In this document: positions 39,001-46,921 of the stretch, piece after piece | How positions within the stretch are numbered: position 1 is the stretch's first letter | Layout of the letters: each line of letters opens with the position of its first letter | Source of the DNA: Flavobacteriales bacterium | Lineage (GTDB): Bacteria; Bacteroidota; Bacteroidia; NS11-12g; UBA955 | Length of the DNA: 64,000 nt | Reading direction: 5' to 3' | Assembly (NCBI GenBank): GCA_947463435.1 | Contig: CANHTS010000001.1 | Coordinates: 3,700 to 67,699, forward strand | Notes under the pieces: generated by a model | Databases searched by the model: none | What the model saw: only the letters and a program-made list of their open reading frames with translations | What the model was told of the DNA's origin: nothing | Position numbers and translations under genes: made by a program

Positions 39001-39063
39001 CTGTGCATTAGCGGCCGTGATGCCGGCGGCGAATGCAATAAGGGTAAGAAATTGTTTTTTCAT
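36001..39063 (-). CDS. T9SS type-A CTD secreted protein, paralog B (1020 aa)
   Basis: ATG verified at 39063; MKKQFLTLIAFAAGITAANAQC; the N-terminal 200 aa and the C-terminal CTD are very similar to the 818-aa neighbour. Confidence 0.8.
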   Translation of the reverse strand: MKKQFLTLIAFAAGITAANAQCGGAQTRTWDGGGADENFFTPENWTNNTVPDCNDNVAFGNASNKNCEIPDSFITTGIINVNPDYKGRIVVSGTATVIEAAGFNMDATVVTFNPEIGHCRFGSVSVGSNGMMNYSSRAGMSISATLTLDAGGFISFRTGSTVNLNALVVNAFSQMKCPEKGIVNITGNIQKAKISTFDARSSTWNINSAVSQSVSASHGGSGANTSAGTIKFWNVNLNKPAGTVPNPDNWSLTDGTDTVIIENRLTVIAGDLASGQFMFHDTLELLGEGRDGHSGTIYCGGNKTADLILNNNLTKGSSGMPLIVKKESNGSILNFRKGSHSEVTMPAAIINAERGTIAFPDDVTVNIPNRAFTIGANATLDMPAAATVKMDATTISILGTVVPNQSTLEFTGTNTVSTSFGGGARRAFYNITANTANASAPVVIGSNDTLEVLNDLVIKAGMFSYTGTASDEAVVYVNGDLDVQSSVSANTYSSGQIIVLGGNANTEYRGDALIQSGRIIIDKASSSNVVSAVATGNTISVGATNGTNNGLDVRRGTLSFDNKDAVIATGVGASVKFLVGANGRVEAPATDTLTIRGSWNFANRNALNAKSGTISLGTSTNQYNINGAAVIFNNLLVNTIGTRTFNSTDSVIVKGNLRQTSGAFNGANLVFEGNFTSSSGSMAMTTVKAMGGNNQTISFNDDDLIRDEGLTLDKTAGTVTCASAVRLNRLRLTNGLLNSGGQTLTIFGANSILGGNSTSFIEGAVTISSSSAWSGSRYFIPVGRGNKYRPVQLHASNTTNVWTVTYVASDTATDLGNAGTHGIDAFSTSEYWIVARSGGGASTNAAFVQLSTLGKDAGWNDANIRIARWNASASTWSNYGPNTGASSDMVLASTSDWTSNGTRVFTIGVDNVPAPIALHNEGISGNELNLVNNTASGNSQAMAQSAISFNVFPNPVAETLNIALSGADKGSITLSDLSGKVLGVYSAETRSINMSNFAAGVYFATFSNGSQRITQRVIRN

Positions 39064-39446
39064 GTTTTATCAATTGACGCGGCAAAGATGGTAAAGACCC
39101 TGCAGTTGTGTTGTAGTAAAATTTCTACATTGGTGTTTATCGATCGTTATGGAGTAGTTGTATGATCCTATAATTAAACATAATTGCGGCAACGTTGGAG
39201 AGTATGGAACAAATACATTGACAAAAAATGTCGAAAAGAACAGAATAGTTATTGGAAACATGGCTTAATGAAACGGTCCAAATGGCGTAACATGAAAGTG
39301 CATCAAGATGTAAGATATAGAAAATCAGATTGTTAGAGCGGCTTGCATGAAGACGAATTTACAGTTAGTGAAAGACAATCCGGTAAAAGTAGCAATCTTT
39401 CTAATAACGAAAAGCAATAATCCGGCTTCAAAACTGCATTGGTTAG

Positions 39447-40340
39447 TCAGTCGATCCGCAGTAAGCGCTCACAATGGTGGCCGCTATCAGTAAAAAAGTG
39501 CAGGTAATAAACCCCTTTTTCGAAACGTGCAAGGGAAATGCTTCTGGTACCTGCCGGAAAATTACCGCGCATGCATCCACCTGCATCAAATAGAAGGAAG
39601 AGGGCGGATTGGTCATCGAGTACCGGCAAGTAAATGCTATCCCTGCTTGGATTGGGGTAAACGCTGCATTTCATGGGAAGGTTGGCTTGTACAGATTGTT
39701 GTTGGCGCCAGATGGGTATATCTGTATTCACCTCATCCACCCACAACACGCTGCCGGGTTGCGCAGGCTTGCGGTTCGCAATGACGGCCTTGCTGCTGGT
39801 AATCACAACTTGCACGGTATCGGGTGTTTCATTCGTCTTCCACCAAACCGGCACATTGGCTGCGGTCCAATTCCGCACCGTATCACTCACTTCCAAATAG
39901 GCAACACCGATGTCTTCCTGCCTGTTTCCCCTGATTTTGCGGAAAACCAATGCCAGCACTGCTGTATCGCCTGGTGAAGGGTAATAGCGGTAATGAAAAC
40001 TGAAATTCGCCGGCCTGGTATTGCAAGGGTAGCCCGGCGCAGCGTCGCGCTCTCCCGCGAAAAGAATTCCTGCCAGGGTATCGCGCAGGTTCAGGTCGGG
40101 CGAAAAGCAGGAAAGCGTGGCAATCCGCGCGCACACTTTCCCGGCAAAAGCCTGTGAGTCGGGGCGGATGAAATCGCTGCAGCCGAACTCCGACAAGATA
40201 TTGAAGGTGTTCCAATAAAACGGCTCGAAATAGGTTCCGGTATTCACCCAATCTTCAAAGCCACCATTGGGTATTTCGGTGTGTTGTGCCTGGATACTAC
40301 CCAGCTGCAGGATAAAAACCAGTTGGAGATATCGCAACAT
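39447..40340 (-). CDS. Secreted protein with T9SS type-A CTD (297 aa)
   Basis: ATG verified at 40340; signal peptide; IPNGGFEDW motif; C-terminus VYPNPSRDSIYLPV...GVYYLHFFTDSGHHCERLLRID. Confidence 0.7.
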   Translation of the reverse strand: MLRYLQLVFILQLGSIQAQHTEIPNGGFEDWVNTGTYFEPFYWNTFNILSEFGCSDFIRPDSQAFAGKVCARIATLSCFSPDLNLRDTLAGILFAGERDAAPGYPCNTRPANFSFHYRYYPSPGDTAVLALVFRKIRGNRQEDIGVAYLEVSDTVRNWTAANVPVWWKTNETPDTVQVVITSSKAVIANRKPAQPGSVLWVDEVNTDIPIWRQQQSVQANLPMKCSVYPNPSRDSIYLPVLDDQSALFLLFDAGGCMRGNFPAGTRSISLARFEKGVYYLHFFTDSGHHCERLLRID

Positions 40341-40408
40341 TCGTCCGAATGTACGAATTTCGAAGAAAACGATGCAACCGGTTTCGTCTTGTGTCGACCA
40401 AAAAACGT

Positions 40409-42151
40409 ATGGACCGCAAATCGTTCTTCCAGCAAATCAGTTCGGGTCGGAGAGAATCCAGTCCGGAACAGCTTTCCGTCACAGCCATACCAGCCGAACA
40501 GCTCGCACCGCGGAAGCAAAAACAGCAAGATGCAGCGCAGCGCACGACAGGCCGGCTGAGCACCGGCGTCACACCCTATACAGGCACTTTTACGGAAGAT
40601 CAGTTGCGGCATCTGTTGCGCCGCACCTTGTTCGGTTTCCGGAAAACGGAGTCCGATGCTTTCAAAGGAATGACGGCCTCCCAGGTGGTAGATCTGCTCT
40701 TAACTACTTCCACAACAGCACCAACGCCGCCTGTCAATAATTACAATTCAGGCACTTATACCGATCCGAATGTGCCGGCCGGAAGCACCTGGGTGAACGC
40801 TTCCTTTACCGATGGAACGGCGAATGCGCTTCGCAATTTCTCTCTTAAAAGCTGGTGGATGGGCCTGATGCTGAACCAGGACGCCACCATCCTCGAAAAG
40901 ATGGTCCTGTTCTGGCACAACCATTTCGCCACCGAAATGGATGTCGTGGGCGATGCGCGCTACAGTTACCTCACCAATGCCATGTTGCGCAAAGACGCAA
41001 TGGGTAATGTGAAGACCCTCGTGAAAGACGTTACCCGCGACGCGGGCATGTTGATATACCTGAACGGTTATCTCAACTCGAAGAATGCGCCTGACGAGAA
41101 TTACGCGCGGGAGTTGCAGGAGCTGTTCACCGTCGGCAAAGGTCCGAACAGCAAATACACGGAAGACGATGTGAAGGCTGTGGCGAAAGTGCTCACCGGC
41201 TGGCGCATCAACCGCCTTTCGGCACCGGCTTCGGCGGTGTATTTCGACCCGACCCGCCACGATACCGGCAACAAGACGCTTTCTTCCTTCTATGGTACAT
41301 CTGCCGTCATCACCGGGCGCAGCGGAACCAATGCCGGCAACGATGAATTGAACGATCTGGTTGATTTGCTGTTCGCCCAGCGCGAAACAGCTTTGCATAT
41401 CTGCCGCAAGCTCTACCGCTTTTTCGTGTACTACGATATCGATGCACAGGCTGAAAACGATGTGATTGCACCCCTGGCCGATACCTTTATCAACAGCGGT
41501 TTTGAAATCAAACCCGTCCTGTCGCAATTGCTGAAGAGTGAACATTTCTTCGACAGCCTGAACCAGGGATGTATGATCAAATCGCCGGTGGATCATATCG
41601 TTGGATTTCTCCGGCAGTGGAATGTAGCCTTCCCGGCCTCATCCAATATTCCGGCGCAATACGGCATGTGGAACGATGCCCGCGCCTTTTGCCAGATTCA
41701 GGGCATGGACATCGGAGATCCGCCGAGCGTGGCAGGATGGCCCGCCTGGTATCAGGTTCCGTCCTATTACCAGCTGTGGATCAATTCGGATACCTTCCCC
41801 AAACGCAACCAGTTCCAGGATCTGCTGATCAGCACCGGATACACGTCGCGCAGCGGGAAAATCATCGCCGACGTGTACACCTTTGCCCAGCAATTCCCCA
41901 ATCCGGAGAATGCCGACAAGCTGCTCGACGATTCCATCAAACTCCTCCTGCCCATTCCACCCGATGCCACCATGCGGGCTTTGCTGAAAGCGAATCTGCT
42001 TCCCGGCGGTATTCCTGATTTCAACTGGACAGACGAATGGAATCAATACAAAAACAATCCCGGCAATACGCTCTTCAAGAATATCGTCTATACCAAGCTC
42101 ATCATGCTGTATAAGTCGATTATGAACCTGGCCGAATATCAGCTTTCCTGA
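40409..42151 (+). CDS. DUF1800-family protein
   Basis: ATG verified at 40409 (MDRKSFF); FTEDQLRHLLRRTLFGF matches the conserved DUF1800 HLLRRAGFG box. Confidence 0.7.
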   Translation: MDRKSFFQQISSGRRESSPEQLSVTAIPAEQLAPRKQKQQDAAQRTTGRLSTGVTPYTGTFTEDQLRHLLRRTLFGFRKTESDAFKGMTASQVVDLLLTTSTTAPTPPVNNYNSGTYTDPNVPAGSTWVNASFTDGTANALRNFSLKSWWMGLMLNQDATILEKMVLFWHNHFATEMDVVGDARYSYLTNAMLRKDAMGNVKTLVKDVTRDAGMLIYLNGYLNSKNAPDENYARELQELFTVGKGPNSKYTEDDVKAVAKVLTGWRINRLSAPASAVYFDPTRHDTGNKTLSSFYGTSAVITGRSGTNAGNDELNDLVDLLFAQRETALHICRKLYRFFVYYDIDAQAENDVIAPLADTFINSGFEIKPVLSQLLKSEHFFDSLNQGCMIKSPVDHIVGFLRQWNVAFPASSNIPAQYGMWNDARAFCQIQGMDIGDPPSVAGWPAWYQVPSYYQLWINSDTFPKRNQFQDLLISTGYTSRSGKIIADVYTFAQQFPNPENADKLLDDSIKLLLPIPPDATMRALLKANLLPGGIPDFNWTDEWNQYKNNPGNTLFKNIVYTKLIMLYKSIMNLAEYQLS

Positions 42152-42157
42152 TCCTCT

Positions 42158-43738
42158 ATGAAAAGAAGAAACTTCCTCCGCAATACGGCAGCTGCCGGCG
42201 CTGTGCTCCCCTTGAGCATTGCCGATTTGAAATTCCGGGCTTACGGACCCAATGCTGTTCTGGCCAGCCTGGCGCGCGCCGCTGCGCAAACCGATCGCGT
42301 GCTGGTGCTCATACAATTGAATGGCGGCAACGACGGCCTGAATACCCTCATTCCGCTCGACCAGTACAGTAATTTGTCCAAAGCGAGGCAGAATGTCCTG
42401 ATTCCGGACAATAAAGTCTTGGGATTGAACGGAAAACCCGCCACCGGCTTGCATCCGGCCATGACGGGTCTGCAAGGCTTGTACAACAACGGACTGGTTT
42501 CGGCGGTGCAGAACGTGGGTTATCCCAGCCCGAATTTCTCGCATTTCCGGTCGATGGACATCTGGATGTCGGCCTCTGACAGCAGCGAAACCTATACCAC
42601 CGGCTGGGTGGGCCGCTATCTGGATAATGTCTTTCCCGGCTATCCGACAGGATATCCCACAAGCGCCATGCCCGATCCGCTGGCCATCCAAATCGGTTCA
42701 GGCGTTTCGCTGGCCTTCATGGGCGAGAACATGAACCTCGCGATGGCCATTACCGATCCGTCGAGTTTCTATAACCTCGTTACCGGTTCTACGGGCACTG
42801 CACCGAATACGCCGGCGGGCAGGGAGCTCACCTATGTGCGCACCATCGCCCAGCAAACACAGCAGTACGGAACGGCCATCAAGAACGCTGCAGACAAGGG
42901 CAAGAACCTGGCCACCTATCCGAGCGGAAACCGCCTGGCCGATCAGCTGAAGATTGTGGCCCGTTTGATCCATGGCGGATTGAAGACACCGGTCTACATG
43001 GTGACGCAGGGCGGCTACGATACCCATAGCCAGCAAGTAGATTCGGCCGACACCACCAAAGGCGCGCATGCAACATTGCTGCAGCAATTGTCGGATGCCA
43101 TCAAAGTCTTTCAGGACGATCTGACCCGCCTGGAAGTGCAAGACCGCGTGGCGGGCATGACCTTCTCTGAATTCGGCCGCCGTGTGATGAGCAATTTCAG
43201 TACCGGCACCGACCATGGTGCAGCCGCTCCCTTGTTTGTATTCGGTACCAAGGTAAATCCGGGCATCATTGGCAACAATCCGGTGATCGCTTCGACAGTA
43301 ACGGTAAGCGACAACGTACCGATGGATTTTGATTTCCGTCAGGTTTACGCGACCGTATTGAAAGATTGGTTTGAAATGAACGATGCGGAGGTGCGCGATG
43401 CCATGGGCGGCAAGACCTTCCAGACCTTACCGATATTCAAAGGTGGCAGCACGCGGATCGAAGACTTTACGGATCTGTTTGCCCGTTTGTCGATGGCGGA
43501 TCCCTATCCGAATCCGGCGCGGGAACAAACCACGGTATCTTTCTTTACCGATGGCGGTCAGGTGTCCATGTACCTTTATGACGCGATGGGCGTGCGCATT
43601 CGCACCCTCGCCTCCGGGAAACACAGGGGCGGCAACCACGAGGTGCAGGTAGACCTGAGCGGGCTCCGTCCGGGCAATTACTTCGTGCAGTTGGAACAGG
43701 GTACCCAGCGGATTACGCGGATGCTGTTTGTGCAGTGA
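42158..43738 (+). CDS. DUF1501-family (sulfatase/alkaline-phosphatase-like) protein with twin-arginine signal and C-terminal T9SS type-A sorting domain
   Basis: MKRRNFLRNTAAAGAVLPL fits the Tat consensus (RRxFLR); DUF1501 core; last 80 aa DPYPNPAREQTTVSF...GNYFVQLEQGTQRITRMLFVQ is a T9SS CTD. Confidence 0.8.
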   Translation: MKRRNFLRNTAAAGAVLPLSIADLKFRAYGPNAVLASLARAAAQTDRVLVLIQLNGGNDGLNTLIPLDQYSNLSKARQNVLIPDNKVLGLNGKPATGLHPAMTGLQGLYNNGLVSAVQNVGYPSPNFSHFRSMDIWMSASDSSETYTTGWVGRYLDNVFPGYPTGYPTSAMPDPLAIQIGSGVSLAFMGENMNLAMAITDPSSFYNLVTGSTGTAPNTPAGRELTYVRTIAQQTQQYGTAIKNAADKGKNLATYPSGNRLADQLKIVARLIHGGLKTPVYMVTQGGYDTHSQQVDSADTTKGAHATLLQQLSDAIKVFQDDLTRLEVQDRVAGMTFSEFGRRVMSNFSTGTDHGAAAPLFVFGTKVNPGIIGNNPVIASTVTVSDNVPMDFDFRQVYATVLKDWFEMNDAEVRDAMGGKTFQTLPIFKGGSTRIEDFTDLFARLSMADPYPNPAREQTTVSFFTDGGQVSMYLYDAMGVRIRTLASGKHRGGNHEVQVDLSGLRPGNYFVQLEQGTQRITRMLFVQ

Positions 43739-43814
43739 GGCGTTGAATTTCTGAGGTTATCGCCGCCGGCGTTGACAAGGCCCTGTCCATCATCCCGGAT
43801 TCCAGGCCAGCCCC

Positions 43815-43881
43815 GGATTTGCACGCTTCCCGATAATCAGGGACACAGCCGAATTCTCTGCGGTCTTTGCGTGAAACCCGG
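43815..43881. repeat. Dispersed copy of the roughly 65-bp inverted-repeat-ended element from the 21.8-22.2 kb array
   Basis: GGATTTGCACGCTTCC...GCGGTCTTTGCGTGAAACCCGG: both terminal arms conserved, interior divergent. Confidence 0.55.
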
Positions 43882-44345
43882 ACTCTATCCGTGGTGAAAC
43901 GGGACCCATGGTGGATGATGCGCTTATTGATCTTGCCGTAAACCGTCCATTCGATGTAAGCAATTTCTTGCTGCCGATCTCTGGTCAGTTAGCTGCGCAG
44001 CAGGGCAAAAGCTCAGGGCAATGCCAATCCAGTGGTCGGGGCCACAGCAATACATGCAGCGTTGTTTTGCCAGGGAGCAAACTGTGGGACCTGAAGGACA
44101 CGAGGGACGTAAAGCATTCGGGAAATTCGTCTATTTTTACTCCTTCGATCTGCATGCCAGGCAAATCTGGCTGGTGGGGTCAATTTCACGGAATAGGGGG
44201 GCAATATCGCCGGAATACACAGCTCTCGAGTTGGAGGTTGGATTGCCCATCAATTTTGGAGCAAAAAGCTTACAGCATAAACGAATTGTGAACCGTAAGT
44301 TCCACCAAAAAAATCAAGGAAATTCTGCAATCAAACAAATCATAG

Positions 44346-45407
44346 GTACAGACAATTGGCAACGAAACTGACAGTACAGCTTTACTTGGCACCATCAGGC
44401 AACTGATAGAGGAAAGCCGGCAGCAGGTTGCGGTAGCTGTAAATGCTACCATTACGGCCTTGTATTGGCAGGTAGGAAAACGGATAAAAGAAGAAGTGCT
44501 GCAAGAAAAGAGGGCTGATTATGGCAAGCAAATTGTCTCAACGCTGGCTGCCCAATTAAAAGCGGAGTACGGTTCAGGCTGGAGTGAAAAACAACTAAGA
44601 CATTGCCTGCGGTTTGCAGAAATATTTCATGAGGAGCCAATTGTCTCTACACTGTGGAGACAATTGAGCTGGTCGCACATGAAGGAAATACTTTACATTG
44701 AGGATGCGGTAAAAAGGGATTTTTATATCGAAAGGTGCAAATTAGAAAAATGGAGTGTACGCACATTCCGTGAACGCATCCAATCCATGCTATACGAACG
44801 CACTGCCATTAGTAAAAAGCCCGATCTCACCATTCTAAACGATCTGAACCAACTAAAAAATGAAAAGCAACTGAGCCCGGATTTGGTATTCAGAGACCCC
44901 TATATTCTCGATTTTCTCGGTCTGAAAGACACTTATTCGGAAAAAGATTTAGAAACTGCCATTATTGCCGAATTGCAAAGGTTCATTACTGAATTGGGTA
45001 ACGATTTTGCTTTCCTGGCACGCCAGAAACGCATCAGTATTGACAATCGGGATTACAAGATTGACCTTTTGTTCTATCATCGGAGGCTGAAATGCTTGGT
45101 AGCCATCGACCTGAAACTGGGTGAATTCGAAGCCGGTTTCAAAGGGCAAATGGAATTGTACTTACGTTATTTGGAAAAATACGAAATGGTAGAAGGCGAA
45201 AATCAACCGATTGGATTAATTCTGTGCGCCGGTAAGAATGAGGAACATGTCGAATTGCTTCAATTAGACAAGAGCAATATCAGGGTAGCGGAATATCTCA
45301 CCGAGTTATCCAACAAATTGCTTCTGCAACAAAAATTGCATCAGGCCATTGAAAATGTCCGGACCCGTTTGTTAAACCAATATAATACGGACAATGAGCA
45401 GGCATGA
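44346..45407 (+). CDS. YhcG/DUF1016-family PD-(D/E)xK nuclease-like protein; no canonical start codon, possibly 5'-truncated
   Basis: LLGTIRQLIEESRQQVAVAVNATITALYWQVGKRI matches the YhcG N-terminal domain and extends upstream of the track's TTG start to a stop at 44343 with no ATG/GTG/TTG; locally low GC (about 42-45%). Confidence 0.65.
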   Translation, partial: VQTIGNETDSTALLGTIRQLIEESRQQVAVAVNATITALYWQVGKRIKEEVLQEKRADYGKQIVSTLAAQLKAEYGSGWSEKQLRHCLRFAEIFHEEPIVSTLWRQLSWSHMKEILYIEDAVKRDFYIERCKLEKWSVRTFRERIQSMLYERTAISKKPDLTILNDLNQLKNEKQLSPDLVFRDPYILDFLGLKDTYSEKDLETAIIAELQRFITELGNDFAFLARQKRISIDNRDYKIDLLFYHRRLKCLVAIDLKLGEFEAGFKGQMELYLRYLEKYEMVEGENQPIGLILCAGKNEEHVELLQLDKSNIRVAEYLTELSNKLLLQQKLHQAIENVRTRLLNQYNTDNEQA

Positions 45408-45579
45408 AGTTACCCCGTTTTTCGAACCGGCAATCAGTTGGAAGTCAAAGGTGGTTGTTTAGTTTGAGAAAAGCAATGGGGCTTATGTTCTTCAGTGCCT
45501 GATGCAGGTGGTTTTGATTCCAACCTTGCAGGAACCGGCAAGTTAAATCACGCAGTACCTCAATGGAAGCAAGCAAGCT

Positions 45580-46623
45580 TCAGTTTTCATGCTTGAACGG
45601 ATGCCTTAGCTCCCATTCAGGCAAACGCGTAAACCGCGCAGCCAGGCGCAGCACCGCTCTGCGGAAGATACAGGGCGTGTACACACTGATCCATTCTGCT
45701 ACCGGACGCGCCCCGAGCGTACTCTTGATCTCCGGTGCCGTCTTGCCAAGATGCAGGGTCTTAAATCCACCTGCAATGGCTGTTCCCACCGCATCGTACA
45801 TCATGCGCTGATACAAATGCATGCGCTTGTTCGCGTCAGGTTCGGTGCAGGCGTGCAGCGCGTATACAACATCCTCCTGTTCAAGCAAGGTGATGAAGCC
45901 AATAGGCTGATCGTCTATCTTGTAACAGTAAAAACCGAATGCATCGCCCCAGCGATCGAACTGCTCGGCAAAGAACTGCACGCTGACTTCGCCTGTCTTA
46001 AAGGCAATCTTGCTGTTGAGCCGCTCCAGCATCTGCCTGAAGGCCGGACGGCAATGCATGAACTCTTCCTTGCTCAGGCGATGCGCGCTAACTCCGGCTG
46101 AAAGCTGGTAAACCCTGTTCGTCCGGATCCGGTACTTGCTGCTGAAAGTGGACTTATAGTCTTCAAAATCCGTCCATTCCGGCCGTATTGGCAACACCAT
46201 TGAGGGCTCCGCCTGAAAATGCACCCATCCTTTGCCTTCGTATTTGCCACGCGAGGCGGCCATGCGTGCCTGATGTTGTAACATCAGCTGCTGCACTACG
46301 CCCATCGATGGCCAAACCTGCCCCAGCATCGCCTCGGGATAATGCAATTCGCCCGCCATCAGCACCTGAAGATCACCGTGCAAACGACTCAGGAGCCGAC
46401 TGAGGCGTTTGCCCAGGTAACCGGCCCAGGTATTGGATTCGATGCGCAGTACATTGAAATGGCGCTCGCCTTCCGGCAGCACCAAGCGAAAACTGCGCAA
46501 GGCGCCGCTGGCTTCGGCACTGTGCACCCCCTGCACACTGGTAACTGCTTCACTGCTGCGCGCCGAAAGGCCGCAGAACCGAGGGGCTTCACTTAAACCG
46601 GAGGAAGGCATAGTTCGCAACAT
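45580..46623 (-). CDS. GNAT-like acyltransferase (FemAB/BioF2-like Acetyltransf_6-type), function unknown
   Basis: ATG verified at 46623; 347 aa; weak resemblance in the C-terminal half (YALHACTEPDANKRMHLYQRMMYDAV). Confidence 0.4.
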   Translation of the reverse strand: MLRTMPSSGLSEAPRFCGLSARSSEAVTSVQGVHSAEASGALRSFRLVLPEGERHFNVLRIESNTWAGYLGKRLSRLLSRLHGDLQVLMAGELHYPEAMLGQVWPSMGVVQQLMLQHQARMAASRGKYEGKGWVHFQAEPSMVLPIRPEWTDFEDYKSTFSSKYRIRTNRVYQLSAGVSAHRLSKEEFMHCRPAFRQMLERLNSKIAFKTGEVSVQFFAEQFDRWGDAFGFYCYKIDDQPIGFITLLEQEDVVYALHACTEPDANKRMHLYQRMMYDAVGTAIAGGFKTLHLGKTAPEIKSTLGARPVAEWISVYTPCIFRRAVLRLAARFTRLPEWELRHPFKHEN

Positions 46624-46921
46624 AACAACGGAAATTGCGTTTCCGTTTGTTCAATCCCGGAACATGCATCGAAAAATCTATTCCGGCCCAAAATCCCTGT
46701 GAAATCGGACGTAAACTGCATTTCCTTCTCTCACCATAAAGGTCCATTATGTCTCGTTCAGGAAATGCCCGATTTCGTTGGGCTTTTGTCCCTCATGACG
46801 AATTTTCGACGCACGATCCGGGATCACAAGACAATCCTTTTCTTTTAATCGGTCAAATCATGGTTTTGGCATATTCACTGCGCGGATGTCGATTCTTAGG
46901 TTCATTTTTGGAGATTCGCAC

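Noticed and set aside
41639-42691. 350-aa minus-strand ORF spanning the DUF1800/DUF1501 junction
   Set aside because: Antisense to two well-supported genes. Gly/Arg-rich low-complexity translation.
43908-44371. ORFs of 127 and 116 aa in the low-GC islet
   Set aside because: Overlapping frames, no recognisable motifs, Ser/Gly/Gln-rich compositionally odd translations. Treated as non-coding or decayed sequence.
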